NCBI GenBank assembly: GCA_943704425.1
Contig: CALSCP010002792.1
Location: 53,627-117,626, forward strand
Length of the DNA stretch: 64,000 nucleotides
Direction: 5' to 3'
DNA from: Ministeria vibrans ATCC 50519
Lineage: Eukaryota; Protista; Filasterea
The position numbers were made by a program, and so were the translations under genes. Below the pieces are notes generated by a model. The model did not search any database. It was given only the letters and a program-made list of their open reading frames with translations, and was not told the DNA's origin. Positions 25,764 through 36,734 of this stretch are shown here, piece by piece. Position 1 is the stretch's first letter. Every line of letters starts with the position of its first letter.

Positions 25764-27306
25764 TAGTAATACTTTTTTCATACTTATGGCCACTTATTTA
25801 ATACTCATGACCACCTATCCTATTTGATATGTTGTAGTTACCTGATTAATGGCCACAAATGGGATATGCGTCTCTACGTGCTTGTGGCATCCTTTGTGCC
25901 TCTGCGCGTCTATCTCTTTGACGAGGGTCTCGCGCGTTTTGCCACTGTGCCCTATGTCACAACCCGAAAGCACCGCTCAAACCGCTTCATGCACCTCACC
26001 AACTACTCAGTCAACGTCAAGAGTAAAGACTTCCAAGCAAACGAAGACGAGCGTATGTAATTTGAGAGAGACATTATCATAATAATTATTTTCATTCTCA
26101 CTCGTACAATAATATAAAAGATATTAATATTATTAATTATTTTTATTATTAGTAGTAGTATTAAAATACATTGCATTGTAGAACATGAAGATGTCGGGCA
26201 CAAGTGGAGCCTAACAGCGCTCAAGCGGCACTTGGGCGATCAGTGTGGCGTTGACGTGTCTGCATTGTGGCTGCGTATCCACGCACTCATTGTCAAGTCT
26301 CTTGTGGCCGTCGAACCCACTGTCGCCAGTGCCATCTCGTCCACCCTGCGCGACCGTCGCTCCTCCTTTGAACTCTTTGGGTAATTGCAATACACTCCCG
26401 CTTTTATGCACGTGCTCACCCATGTTTGCCTGGCTGACTGGCTGGCTCAACTCTTTCACTCACACTTACTCGTTCACTCTCTGTAGGTATGATGTAATGC
26501 TGGACAGTGCCTTGCAACCCTGGCTTATTGAGATCAACGTGTCCCCATCGCTGCACAGCACTGCACCCATTGACCGTCGCATCAAGAGCGCCCTTGCCCG
26601 CGACACTTTCAACCTCGTGGGCTTCCCTTTCCCACCAGATTCTGCTTCCACCCCACGCTCCACACTCCATCCCAACGAACACCGTGCTCGCTCCGCCGCA
26701 ACCCCACGCGACGAGCGCATTCGTCGTACGAGCACAAGCAGCGGCAACTCGTCCCTCCTGGCGCACCTCACCCTCGCCGACATTGATCTCATCGTCGATC
26801 TCGAAGATGAGTACGCCCGACGCGGTCTCTTTTCTCGTGTCTTCCCCATGCCCCGTGCCCACAACACGTACGCGCGCTTCTTCGAGTCACCCCGTCATGA
26901 AAATCTAATTCTCGACGCTTGGCTCACACGATACGACTCACAGCGCGAAAACGGTACCATACACAAACAATTAAGGCATTAGGCGTGTATTATCCAAACG
27001 CACACGTTCTCTTTTTTTTTTTGCACAGGTCTCGCGTGGCTACGCAAAACAACGGAGACGCTACTGGCACAGCCCGAGCCAGAAGCATCCTCCACATCGT
27101 CGCGACCAGCAACACGCGCATCTTCGTCCTCCTCCCGTCGCAGATGCGTTGATTCGCCCTTTCACGCCCGTCGCACATCACGACGTCCTTCCGCTTCGTC
27201 CATTCATTCACAGCCTGTGATTCCTCCAATCGTTGCCGAGGGCAATACTGTGTGCCAAACGACCAAAAGAGAATCTACACAGACCAATGTAACAAAAAAT
27301 GAATAA
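24559..27306 (+). CDS. TTLL4: Tubulin glutamylase, TTLL4-like
   Basis: INHFPRSFELGRKDRL, ILKPPASARGIGI, KWDMRLYVLV, MHLTNYSVN, FELFGYDVMLD..PWLIEINVSPSLH; multi-exon. Confidence 0.9.
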
Positions 27307-27352
27307 GTATACTATACCAATGAAAGAACAGCAACACAAAAAAAAAATTGAA

Positions 27353-27438
27353 GCTCAGAAAGCACAGAGGGTAATCCGTGCAGCTGCTTTTCAGCACGTA
27401 TAATACTAAGACTGGGGCGGCAGCTAACTCATCATGGC
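27353..27438 (-). ncRNA. Box C/D snoRNA, SNORD31/U31 (yeast snR67)-like; guide for LSU P-loop Gm
   Basis: C AUGAUGA (27435-27429), guide UGCCGCCCCAGU antisense to LSU ACUGGGGCGGCA, D' CUUA, C' UGCUGA, D CUGA (27358-27355). The +5 rule hits the second G of UGGGGC (E. coli G2251/yeast G2619 equivalent). Confidence 0.85.
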
Positions 27439-27632
27439 AACACCAAGACACACACACATGTCATAAAATATCTTTTGTTCTGCTTACCCAAAGAAACTCT
27501 CACACACACGCACGCTGCATGCCGCTCATGATAGTATCAGTGACACAGGTCACATCTGTATGGGAGAACAAAAAGACGTGAGAAAAAAATCGAAGAAAAC
27601 ATAAAAAATAACAATCAGCAACAAAAAAACGA

Positions 27633-27756
27633 AATTGTTCAGTAATACGCGCGCTAAATCGTCAGTGGCTAAGGGTAAACGGACTCTTTGCAATTATCCA
27701 AATCCCCGCCTCGGAGGATTGACAGATGTAAATAGCCTGAATTCATCATTACAATT
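27633..27756 (-). ncRNA. Box C/D snoRNA guiding SSU rRNA Um in AGGAUUGACAGAU (SNORD110/snoR14-like)
   Basis: 6-bp terminal stem AAUUGU/ACAAUU, C AUGAUGA, 13-nt guide AUCUGUCAAUCCU directly before D' CCGA, internal hairpin, C' UGACGA, D CUGA. Family name is from recall. Confidence 0.85.
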
Positions 27757-27983
27757 CCAGCAAAAAAAAAACACGAAAAATGTACATGTCGGTCGTTTTT
27801 ACCTTGAAGGAAGCTAAGAGGCGCCAAGCGGTCAGCGGCACACATGTAGCTGGTTGTGGATCTACACGATAGACGAAGCGAGAGTCAGTGAAGCGACAAA
27901 GGCGAAGTGGCACATGGACCAAAAGACCCACGAGATCAACACACAAAAAAAAAATTAATTTTGTAGACGTTTGTCATCACGAA

Positions 27984-28060
27984 TGCCTCAGTGTAACTAT
28001 GAAAATCACCATGACGGCACAATATGCACCGCTCTGATACATAAGTTTTCCTCCGCGGCG
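27984..28060 (-). ncRNA. Box C/D snoRNA, SNORD46/U46 (yeast snR63)-like; guide for LSU helix-69 Am
   Basis: 3' end UUCAUAGUUACA-CUGA is antisense to LSU GUAACUAUGA; the +5 rule hits the second A (yeast A2256 equivalent). GCC/GGC terminal stem, degenerate C (CGGAGGA), D' CAGA, hairpin CGGUGCA/UGUGCCG, C' UGGUGA. Confidence 0.78.
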
Positions 28061-28399
28061 TGCGTGTGAAGGCGAGGAGCGAAAAAACGAACAAAGCAGA
28101 ATAATAAACGACCTTACCGATGGTCTGAGACGCGCCAGTTTACATGCAATCCATGCTCACGAGAGAGGAGAAGCAAACAGATACTTTGCTCATGTTGAAT
28201 AAAAAAAAGTGAAAAGTAAATTTTATTTTTCGAAATGAAATCGATTTCCGAATAAATCGAATTCTCGATCAAACTGAATTTCCAAATTATTTTCCAATTC
28301 ATCATTATCACTTCATTATCGTGCAAATTGCAAGTTTGCACGTTGCAACAGTTGCTTTTGTCTGACGTGTCTTGTTCTGACCCGTTGTCTTTGTGATCC

Positions 28400-28929
28400 A
28401 TGTTCTCGGTGGGCAACCCGGCGATCCTCCGGGCACTGCCGCCCGACCTGAAACTGCCACAACCCTGGCGAACAGTCGCAACGGCGTCGTCGCCGGACCG
28501 CAAGCACATCGCTGTCATCTCGCACGATGTCATTGCCATTTGGAACACTTCGGTATGGACAAGAGACGCGTCATGAGCAGAGGAGACGTGTCAACTTTCG
28601 TAAACCTCTCCGTCTTGTTTCAGCCGTACGCCTTGGTCGCATGCCACGTTCGCACGGGCATTAGCAAGTCCAATCGCAACGTAGACGTCTGCTGGCGCCC
28701 CGGCGGGAGCTCGCTGGTTGTGCGCACCGCCGACAACACCATCCTGTTCTACTCGCTGAAACGCCTCGACGGCAAGTTTGCCTACCGCTGTCGTGCCGCA
28801 TCGTCGCCCAATGCCACCACTCTCGGTGCCGACGACACCCGAATACCCGTCGTGTCCCTCCAGCTGGTGCGTCTCGTTGAACTCGACCGTGTCACACACG
28901 ACGGTGAAGGCTACACCGCCAGCTGGTAC

Positions 28930-29020
<91 letters not shown>

Positions 29021-32000
29021 ACCCTCTTTCTCTCTTCTTTCTTTTTTTCTCTCTTCTTTCTTTTTTTCTTTTTCTTTTTTTTTGTCTTTCTCTCTATCAT
29101 CTTTTGTTTCTTTTCTCCTCCAATTTCTATTACTTTTGTTTCTTGCTCTCTCTCACTTTTTTTCTCTCTCTTTTTATCACCGTATAATTTCTTTCATTTC
29201 ATTATTCCTCTCTCTCACTCACTCTCTCTTGCTTACCTCTTGCTCCCTCTTTTCTGTCCAACAGCATGTTTGCTCGCAGTGAACACATTGTGATAGCCAC
29301 GACCACGTGCGAGCTCTTGTTTCTACGTTGGGATGGCCTCCTCGACGAAGAAGACACCATTCTGTGGCGTCAGCTTGTGCCCGACCTTGACAATCACTCG
29401 GCCTACCCCATCTCCATTGAATGTGCTCGATGGCAATCGCGTCTTCCCAACACCATTGTTTTGTTGCTCAGCGACGGTCAAATTGTTTGCTTTATTCTCG
29501 ATGGAGTGCGCGTCACCCCAGGCGACAACAGTGTGCGATCTACGTCGCCCGTTGAAACCCACGCTCCATCATCACCCACCGCCACCACAATTGCCTCAGC
29601 ACCCTTGACCACGCCCCCATCGACACCCTCGTCGTCGTCGTTTCTCTCATTCTTCAACCCTTTTAGTCTCCTCTTTCCCCACTCCCCGTCGCGCCCTGGC
29701 TCACCCAGAGGCAGCACCACCACCCAGTCCGACGCAAGTCTGTCGACAAGCCAGCGGTATACAGCGTGTTGCTGCAGTTCGGGCATGACTGCCTCGTCGA
29801 CACCCGTCTGCCTTGTCTTTTGTACACCCATGCAACTCATTGCAGTTGCCGACTCGAGCGGCCTCGTCTGTGTTTACACCCTCGACATGACCGCCTGCCG
29901 CGTCTCGCCCTCGCACCGTCTCGTGCTCCCTCGTCAGTTCGTGTCGCAATCACGTGGCACTGGCTCCGTTCTTGACCTTGACTGGGCGCCCGATGGCCAT
30001 GCGTTGGCCGTCGCCTACCAAAACACAGGCGTTGCCGTCTGGAGCACCTATGGTCAGTTGCTATGTGTTCAGCCTGTTTGCGAGTGTGCTCCCGACGACA
30101 CGAGCAGTGCGTCTGCGGCCGCATTCGACGCTGGCGGTCGCAGCGTTGCCTGGGGTCAGTTGGGTCACTCTCTTCTCGTCGCGCCCAACACGGCAACGAG
30201 CAGCAGTGGCACCAGTGGCAATCACAGCGACGATCTCTATGTATTTTCGATTGTGCAATCCGCACAGCTTCGCAACTTCAATGCCGACAATAGCGAGCGG
30301 GTCTTCTTTGTCGGTGCAGATCGTGTCGTGATGCGCTCGTCCGACTTTGGCACGTTGCATTCGCTCACATCGTGCATGAACACTCCATCTCTCAGTGCCG
30401 TTGGCAGCCACGTGCGTCTCACCAATGTAACCAGTCTGCTTCGCGACCCTCACAACGTCGTGTCGTCGGGACTTGTAGAGCAGTGGCGCACTCTCATGGT
30501 CCCCAGTGACTACGTCGCCGCTCATGGACCTCTGCGCATTGCGGCTGTCGACGAGTCTGCCTCTGTGTTTGTCGTGGCTGCCGCGCGTTCTTTTGCCATC
30601 TACCGTCGGCACCATGGTTGGCGCTCGTTCCTTGCCACGCCCCGTGCTCCCGAAAACACCGTGGTCATTCACTCTATGTGCTTCTGGCGCGGCCTTCTTG
30701 TGGTCGGTGCCTCCGACGGCACCACCATCGCCTCGCATCGTGTCATCTTCTATTTCTTGCCCGACACCAACGACGGAGGTCTCAGCGCTACGACGAGCAC
30801 TCGCGCTGCTTCATCCGAATCCTCGTCGAACAAGGGCAACGACAAGGAGAGCGCGCGCGTGGCCCAGCGCTACTCGTTTGCTGTGTCGCATCGCGTGCGC
30901 CATCTTAATGTGCTTGGTGATCATCTCGTCACGTACACGGCAAATCGTCGTGCACTTGTGCACCAGCTCACCGTCAACACGCAAAAGCCCAACACCATGG
31001 CAGCCCATCTGGTACACGACGTCGACCTGACCGCCCACGCGTCCCCGGTCGCTGCCGTGTCGGCCGTCGCGCTTCTGGCCGACGCCGATGGGCTATCCCT
31101 CATTGCCAACATTGCTGGCAGTGTGCTTCTCTTCCGCCTGGGCTCGGCTGTATTCGACGAGAGAGGCGGCACCCAACACGACATTGCCCACTCGAGTCCT
31201 CCACTTGTCCTCTCGCGCGAAATCGAACAGCTTTGGATGCCGCGTCCCCTATCCTCTCTACGCGATGAAATGCACATATGCAGTGCAATTTACTTCGGTC
31301 GAGGCGCCCACGGAATGCAAGTAAGCCCGCACAAAAATTGATTATAAGAATTATATGAAAAGAAAAAATTAATAATAATAATAATACTAATAATATTTTA
31401 TTTATGTATTGATTGTATCGTGACATAGATCTGTTTGCCTCTGTTTGAAGAGGCGGACATGCGACGCGTGTCACGGCGCATCCTCGCACGGGCACCGCCT
31501 AACGTAACGGGCACCCAGCGCGTCGAAGATCTCTCGTCCTTCCGGCCCCCGCTCGCCTACAAACGTGTCTTCGTCCCCTTCCCGGCCCCCTTCTACACCC
31601 TCTGCGTCGACACCCGTCTCGCCGTGCTCCATGGCATCGCCGCCGAGCCCGTCGACGATCCGGGTTCCATGATGATCCTCGTTCAGAAATCACGCACGTT
31701 TCTCGACCATCTTTTGCGCACACTCGTTCGTCGAAAGTACGCACGAATTTGCAAAAACAAAAAAGAAGAAAAAAAGAACCCTCCAACAAAAAATTCTGAC
31801 ACATTAAATCCTGTGTAGTTTGGATGTATACGCAATGATGATTGCGCAAAAGTTTTCGTCGCTTCGGTCGTTCACGCACGCCCTTGAGCTGATGGTGCAC
31901 GAGGTGCTTGAGGAGGAAGCTATCTCGATGACGGGCTATCGCGCCGACGCAGAGCTTCCGCGCGTCGTCCAGTTTATCGCACGCTTTCCGCAGTACCGTG

Positions 32001-32839
32001 CCGTGATTGGACAGTGCGCGCGCAAGACGGAGGTCAGCTGCTGGGACTACCTCTTTTCCATCGTCGGCGACCCCCGCTCGCTCTTTGAGCAGTGTCTGGC
32101 CGCCGACGACGTCTCTGCTGCCGCCACCTACTTTCTCATTCTGCAGAGCCTTGAGCCGCCCTCGAGCAGCATGACCCTTGCGACGCGTCTGCTTGACGTA
32201 GTTCTTGAGAGCAACCGCTTCCAGCTTGCCGACGATCTCATTCGCTTTGTGGGAGCTGTAGTGAGTGACCAGGACGAGTCGCTTGCGGCCACCGCAGTCA
32301 GCGGGGACAGTGCCACCACCGACGGCAAGAAGATCTTTGTCGACATTATCTTGACGCGCCACGCCCGCAAACTGCTTCTTTCCCGTCGTCTACACGCACT
32401 CTACTCGTTTGGCATAGACTTGCACTTTCCCTTGACGCGCTGGCTCTTCCAAGAGCGCCATCGTGCCGCTCAGATTGGGCCGGGCGGTGTGGTCGCTGCC
32501 TTTGAGGCCATCCACACGGAGTTCTTCTTGACACTCCCGCGCAAGCGCAGGCGTGGCGTGGGCAAGCATGGTGACAACGAGGAAGACAATGAAGATGAGG
32601 AAGACGAAGAAAAAGAAGAAGAAGAAGAAGAGGAGGAGGAGGAGGGGGCAAACGCAGTGGCAGAGGAGGCGGAGCGCAGTGGCACGTCGGGTCGTTCCAC
32701 TACCTCACTGGGTGTGCCTTTGTTGTTGTCACATCACAATAGTGGCAGCGCAGCTTCCATTCCCAATGCGGATGACTTGGATGCACTGCGCTTTCTTCTT
32801 GATGCGATGATCGCGAGTGGCTGCTACGAGTGGGCAGTG
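28400..32839 (+). CDS. RIC1: RIC1 (RAB6A GEF complex subunit), 3'-truncated at an (AT)n intron
   Basis: WD40-like N-terminus (LDWAPDGHALAVAY, VAWG); RIC1 domain HALELMVHEVLEEE..LPRVVQFIARFPQY..QCARKTEVSCWDYLF..GDPRSLFEQCL; last exon ends GCYEWAV|gt with no downstream exon. Confidence 0.9.
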
Positions 32840-32912
32840 GTAAAAAAAAAAATCTTTTGTTATTGTTATTTTCACTTCTTTGTTATTTTTTTCTCCCTCT
32901 CCCTCACACACA

Positions 32913-32956
<44 letters not shown>

Positions 32957-33011
32957 GTAATTATGGTCAGTGAGACGCGCACACGACTGTCGCTCTGACG
33001 ACCCTCCATAC

Positions 33012-33414
33012 CTGACTGACCGCCTCGTACGTCAGCTTCAGCATCACCATGGAGGACAGCCCACCCGACACCCCAAGGAGGCAGTGTGCGTCTGCGGGGG
33101 CGCGCCGTCGATTCGCTCCAACCTGACGACGATACTGCAACGCAGAAAAAAAAAAAAAAAAAAAAACGAATAAGACATTGAAACGAAGAGAGGCGCGGCA
33201 GCGACGAGAGAAAAGCAAAGGTGGGAGGGGGGCGGGGGTGTTTCACCTGCAAGTCGACGTATTCAAAGAAGCATTCGCGACAGAGGAGCGTTTGACGCGA
33301 TCGAATCTTTGCTCGCTGCGCCCCATGGCATCGCTCGCATGCCCCGCCCGTGGTGGGCGCAGGAGCGGCACATACAGGTCGCGTTTCACCGTCGTCTTCT
33401 TCAACGGAACACAT
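33012..33414 (-). CDS. CTU2: CTU2/Ncs2 tRNA 2-thiolation protein, only first two exons
   Basis: MCSVEED..CERC..LCRECF..CLLGVSGGLSSMVML, then donor gtatgg; the rest of the protein is absent. Confidence 0.75.
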
Positions 33415-33940
33415 TTTGAGATTATTTTGACAGTTTGACTACTTTTGTTCGGTCGGTTGGTCGAGAAATTGAAAAAAAATCAAAGAACGCCAAAAAAAGA
33501 CGTAAATGTTGCTGAATTTGAAGCGCACTAACGACCATTAGGTACTAATAGTGATGTAGTACACGGTGGTAAGAAACAGCGATCCTAAAGATGACTGTGG
33601 GTGACTTGGGGTCGGTCAAACGCTTTGTTGATGTTTTTGACGGCGCTCCTGTCGCCCTTCTCCCTCTCCGGGCGTTTCTGCGAGTTGAGCCTCGCGTCAT
33701 TCATGCTGTTTTACTTGTTGCAGTGGAATGGGGGCCAGATCACGGCTATTTATCTCAAGGTCAAAAGTCTCACGAGACTTCTTTCCATTTCTGACAAGTA
33801 GAAATTTTTGCGTTGGATAAATTTGCAAACGAGGCTTTTTTTGTTTACTCGTTTTGAATTGAACCCCAAATATCAGTTTATTTCTGCCTTTTCGCTCTTC
33901 CTAACACATTCACATACGCTTATTACTTGCCATATTCACC

Positions 33941-35332
33941 ATGGTCAGGGGAGTCGCACGAACGAGCTGGAAGAAGAAGACGGGCTGTCCAAAGCTGTCA
34001 GACCTTTTTCGAACGCACCATAAAGACGAGAAAGGGGGGTGGACCAAAGATATTCTCGTTGCACACTTCTCGTTGCTCAAGGTATGTCTATTAGCAGGGG
34101 GTACTTTCTACGACCTTTTTGCTCGATGATCCGCGTCAAATCGACCTGTTGCAGTAAATTGCAAGACTTCAGCGAAGTTCAATTCCGCATGATCACGTTG
34201 ATTTTTACCGTTTCTCCTTAAAAATACCCCCCGCCCTCGTACGCTGTTAACAAGTTCAGCGTCACATTGTTTTCCTTCCCATTGCCCTCAGTACCAACAC
34301 TCGAGTTGGGGGGTTAGGGGTTAGAAGTTTTTTTTTATTTTGTGAAAACATCCCAATGTTTATTTTGATTGAAAACATTCAAGCCGCAGCTCGTTTGGAG
34401 TTAATTTCTTAATAATCGGCGTAACTAGAGTGTTTTGAGATGTGTTTGCGCAGGCGGAGGAGGTTTCTTTCTTTCTGACTCTGGATTGACTCTTCATCGC
34501 TAATTTGTTGTTTTTTCTTCATTCTGTCTCCTTTTACCCACAGTCGACATCATGCAATGGGATGATTGAGGTGTGGGAAATGCCGCCACACCTTGTCCGG
34601 GAGCTGGCCGAGGTGCGAAAGACGTCGACGCGCGTGTTTGTGTACGCGTGCTGTCACTGCAAAATGGTGTGCGACCGAATGGAGCGACTGGTTCAGCATC
34701 TCGTGGCCAATTCCAAAAAGCAGTGGCACGAGTACATAAAGAGCACAAGGCGGAATGGACGAACAGTGTATACATGCAACTATGGAGACTGTTGTGGCGA
34801 GCACGCGTCCGCCGAGTTCCGCACATACAAAGCGATGGTGGAGCATCTCCTGGAAGAGCACAAGGACTCGGAAGGGGGCACTCCCGCACACATTGAGACG
34901 CGTATGGATGGCGGGGACCCGCCGCGTGAGCACGACGACTGCGACAGCGACAGCGACAATGACAGCGACAGCAGCAGTGACAACGACAGCGACAGCGAGA
35001 CCGACCGGGAGACCGATAGGGAGAGCGTCGTGTCCTGCTGCGACACGGAGACGTACCTCGACGACAACCTGTTCGACGAAATCGCTATTGGTTCACTCGA
35101 CGTTCACTTTACAAAAAACGAGGACGCGCACGTGACAGCACGACCGGATTTGCGAGTGGGTACGCCCGAGGACAAGTTTGAGCGCGCGCTGGAGTGGATA
35201 CAACAGTCAAGCAAGAAGAGGGGGCGAAATGAAGAAGAAGAAGAAGAAGAAGAACAGGTTGACGACAGAGAGGCAAAGAAGATCCGAGAGTGGAGCGACG
35301 AGCTAATGCGTCTTACTTTCTTATCAGAATAA
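33941..35332 (+). CDS. Orphan C2H2-like zinc-finger protein with acidic DS repeat
   Basis: Exon 33941-34081 (AAG|gtatgt) joins 34544-35332 in frame; YACCHC..LVQHL and YTCNYGDC..FRTYKAMVEHLLEEH; (DS)n and poly-E tracts, KKRGR NLS-like motif. Confidence 0.65.
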
Positions 35333-35394
35333 ATTTTTTTCATATACAATCGTCTTATACTACCACAGTCGTTCAAATAGCGTCGTGCCAATGC

Positions 35395-36555
35395 TTAAAG
35401 GAAGGAATAGACGGGGAGAGGGGAGGGGTTGCAGTGACTTGTGCACGTCTGATGGCACTCAGTAAAGAGCGAAAAAAAACAGTGCGGAGAGCACTGGGAG
35501 ATTTGAAAAGAAAAGAATAATATACATACATTACAATAGAGAGAAAAGAAAGAGAGAGAGAGAGAAAGGAGAATGACCAAAGTGATAGAGTGACAATCAA
35601 AAAGCGTCTCATCATTTCTCCTACAACAAAATACAGCAAGAAAGACAGATAGAGAGAAAGAAATTGAGAGTGTGTAAGAGAGAGAGAGAGAGTTGGAGAA
35701 CAAAAAAAGAGAGAGAGAGAAACAACGCGAATCAAGTAACAAAGTGATAGAGAGAGAGAAAGTGATAGAGAGAGAATGCGAATGAGAATAAAAGAGAAAC
35801 AAAGTGGTAGAGAGAGAGAGAGGAGATACGCGTGAAACATACAAAAACGGATCGTAAATTGTTGAACATACTCTGTAGCGTCGAAGAAACTCTCTGAGTG
35901 GGTCCACATATCGATCAAATCCCAATGCATGCATTGCAAATATGATGTCATCGCCATTGATGGTCTATGGTAAAGTATTGTGAGTACTCTCTCCTCTCTC
36001 TCTCGCTCGCTCGTTAATGTGTAACCTTCCGCTTTTCCTCTTTGCATCGATCACTCGCCTCACTTGTGATAAACGAGATGAACTCGGAGACACACTCTTG
36101 CATGCATTCCTTCGTTTCCTTGGCGATCTTTCCCGTCGGCGGAATGGCTGCTTTCATCATGCACGACACGTTGTAGATGGGAAGAAATCGGTCCTGAAAC
36201 AACAAGAGCAAAATTCACAAATGTCAATATGTTAATAGTGAGTGCGAAAGTGAGAAAGATGAACAGGGAAGGATATGAACAGAGAGGAGTATGGAGGCAA
36301 GCCAAAGGTGCCTGGCGAGGCATGCCGGCGCACTTGGCAAGCACCGCAATGGGCAATGGAGTGGTTTCGACAACGACGCGAAAAAACGGTCTGTGCAGTC
36401 CATTTCGCAATACCTGCTCCCTCAGTGCTTTGCTGCCGATAGCACCCTCATCCTACATTTCAAATGCGGAGAGAAACAGTGCGAGAACGACACAGAATGT
36501 GAGCAAACAGTCGAAATTGTTGGGTTTTTGTCATTACGTTTCCGTCTTCGCTCAT
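35395..36555 (-). CDS. NFYB: NF-YB/HAP3 CCAAT-binding factor subunit
   Basis: [55 protein letters not shown]; final exon and stop uncertain. Confidence 0.92.
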
Positions 36556-36734
36556 TTCTCAACGGTGGAAGCTCTTCGATGTCCCTTTTGGTCTCAAACG
36601 TGAAGATATGAAACTGGAGTATTGTCTATTGATGAGAAGTACGAAATAAGAGTCAAGAAGAAACTCAATGTCTGAATCTCAATCTTATCTCATATTCAAC
36701 TAATCATTCATCTTTTTTCTCTTGTTCGCTCAAC

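Larger units (their letters stand above)
27300..28200 (-). ncRNA. Putative non-protein-coding snoRNA host gene (3 snoRNA-bearing introns)
   Basis: GT-AG introns at 28117-27862, 27802-27556 and 27487-~27312 separate tiny exons (59 and 68 nt). First ATG (28193) opens only a 17-codon ORF. Each intron holds one C/D snoRNA. Transcript ends are approximate. Confidence 0.75.

Noticed and set aside
27690-28193. Small spliced protein-coding gene on the minus strand
   Set aside because: No frame combination gave a recognisable protein, and the would-be exons coincide with snoRNA boxes and guides.
33591-33801. Short ORFs between CTU2 and the zinc-finger gene
   Set aside because: No motifs or consistent splice structure; cannot be supported.
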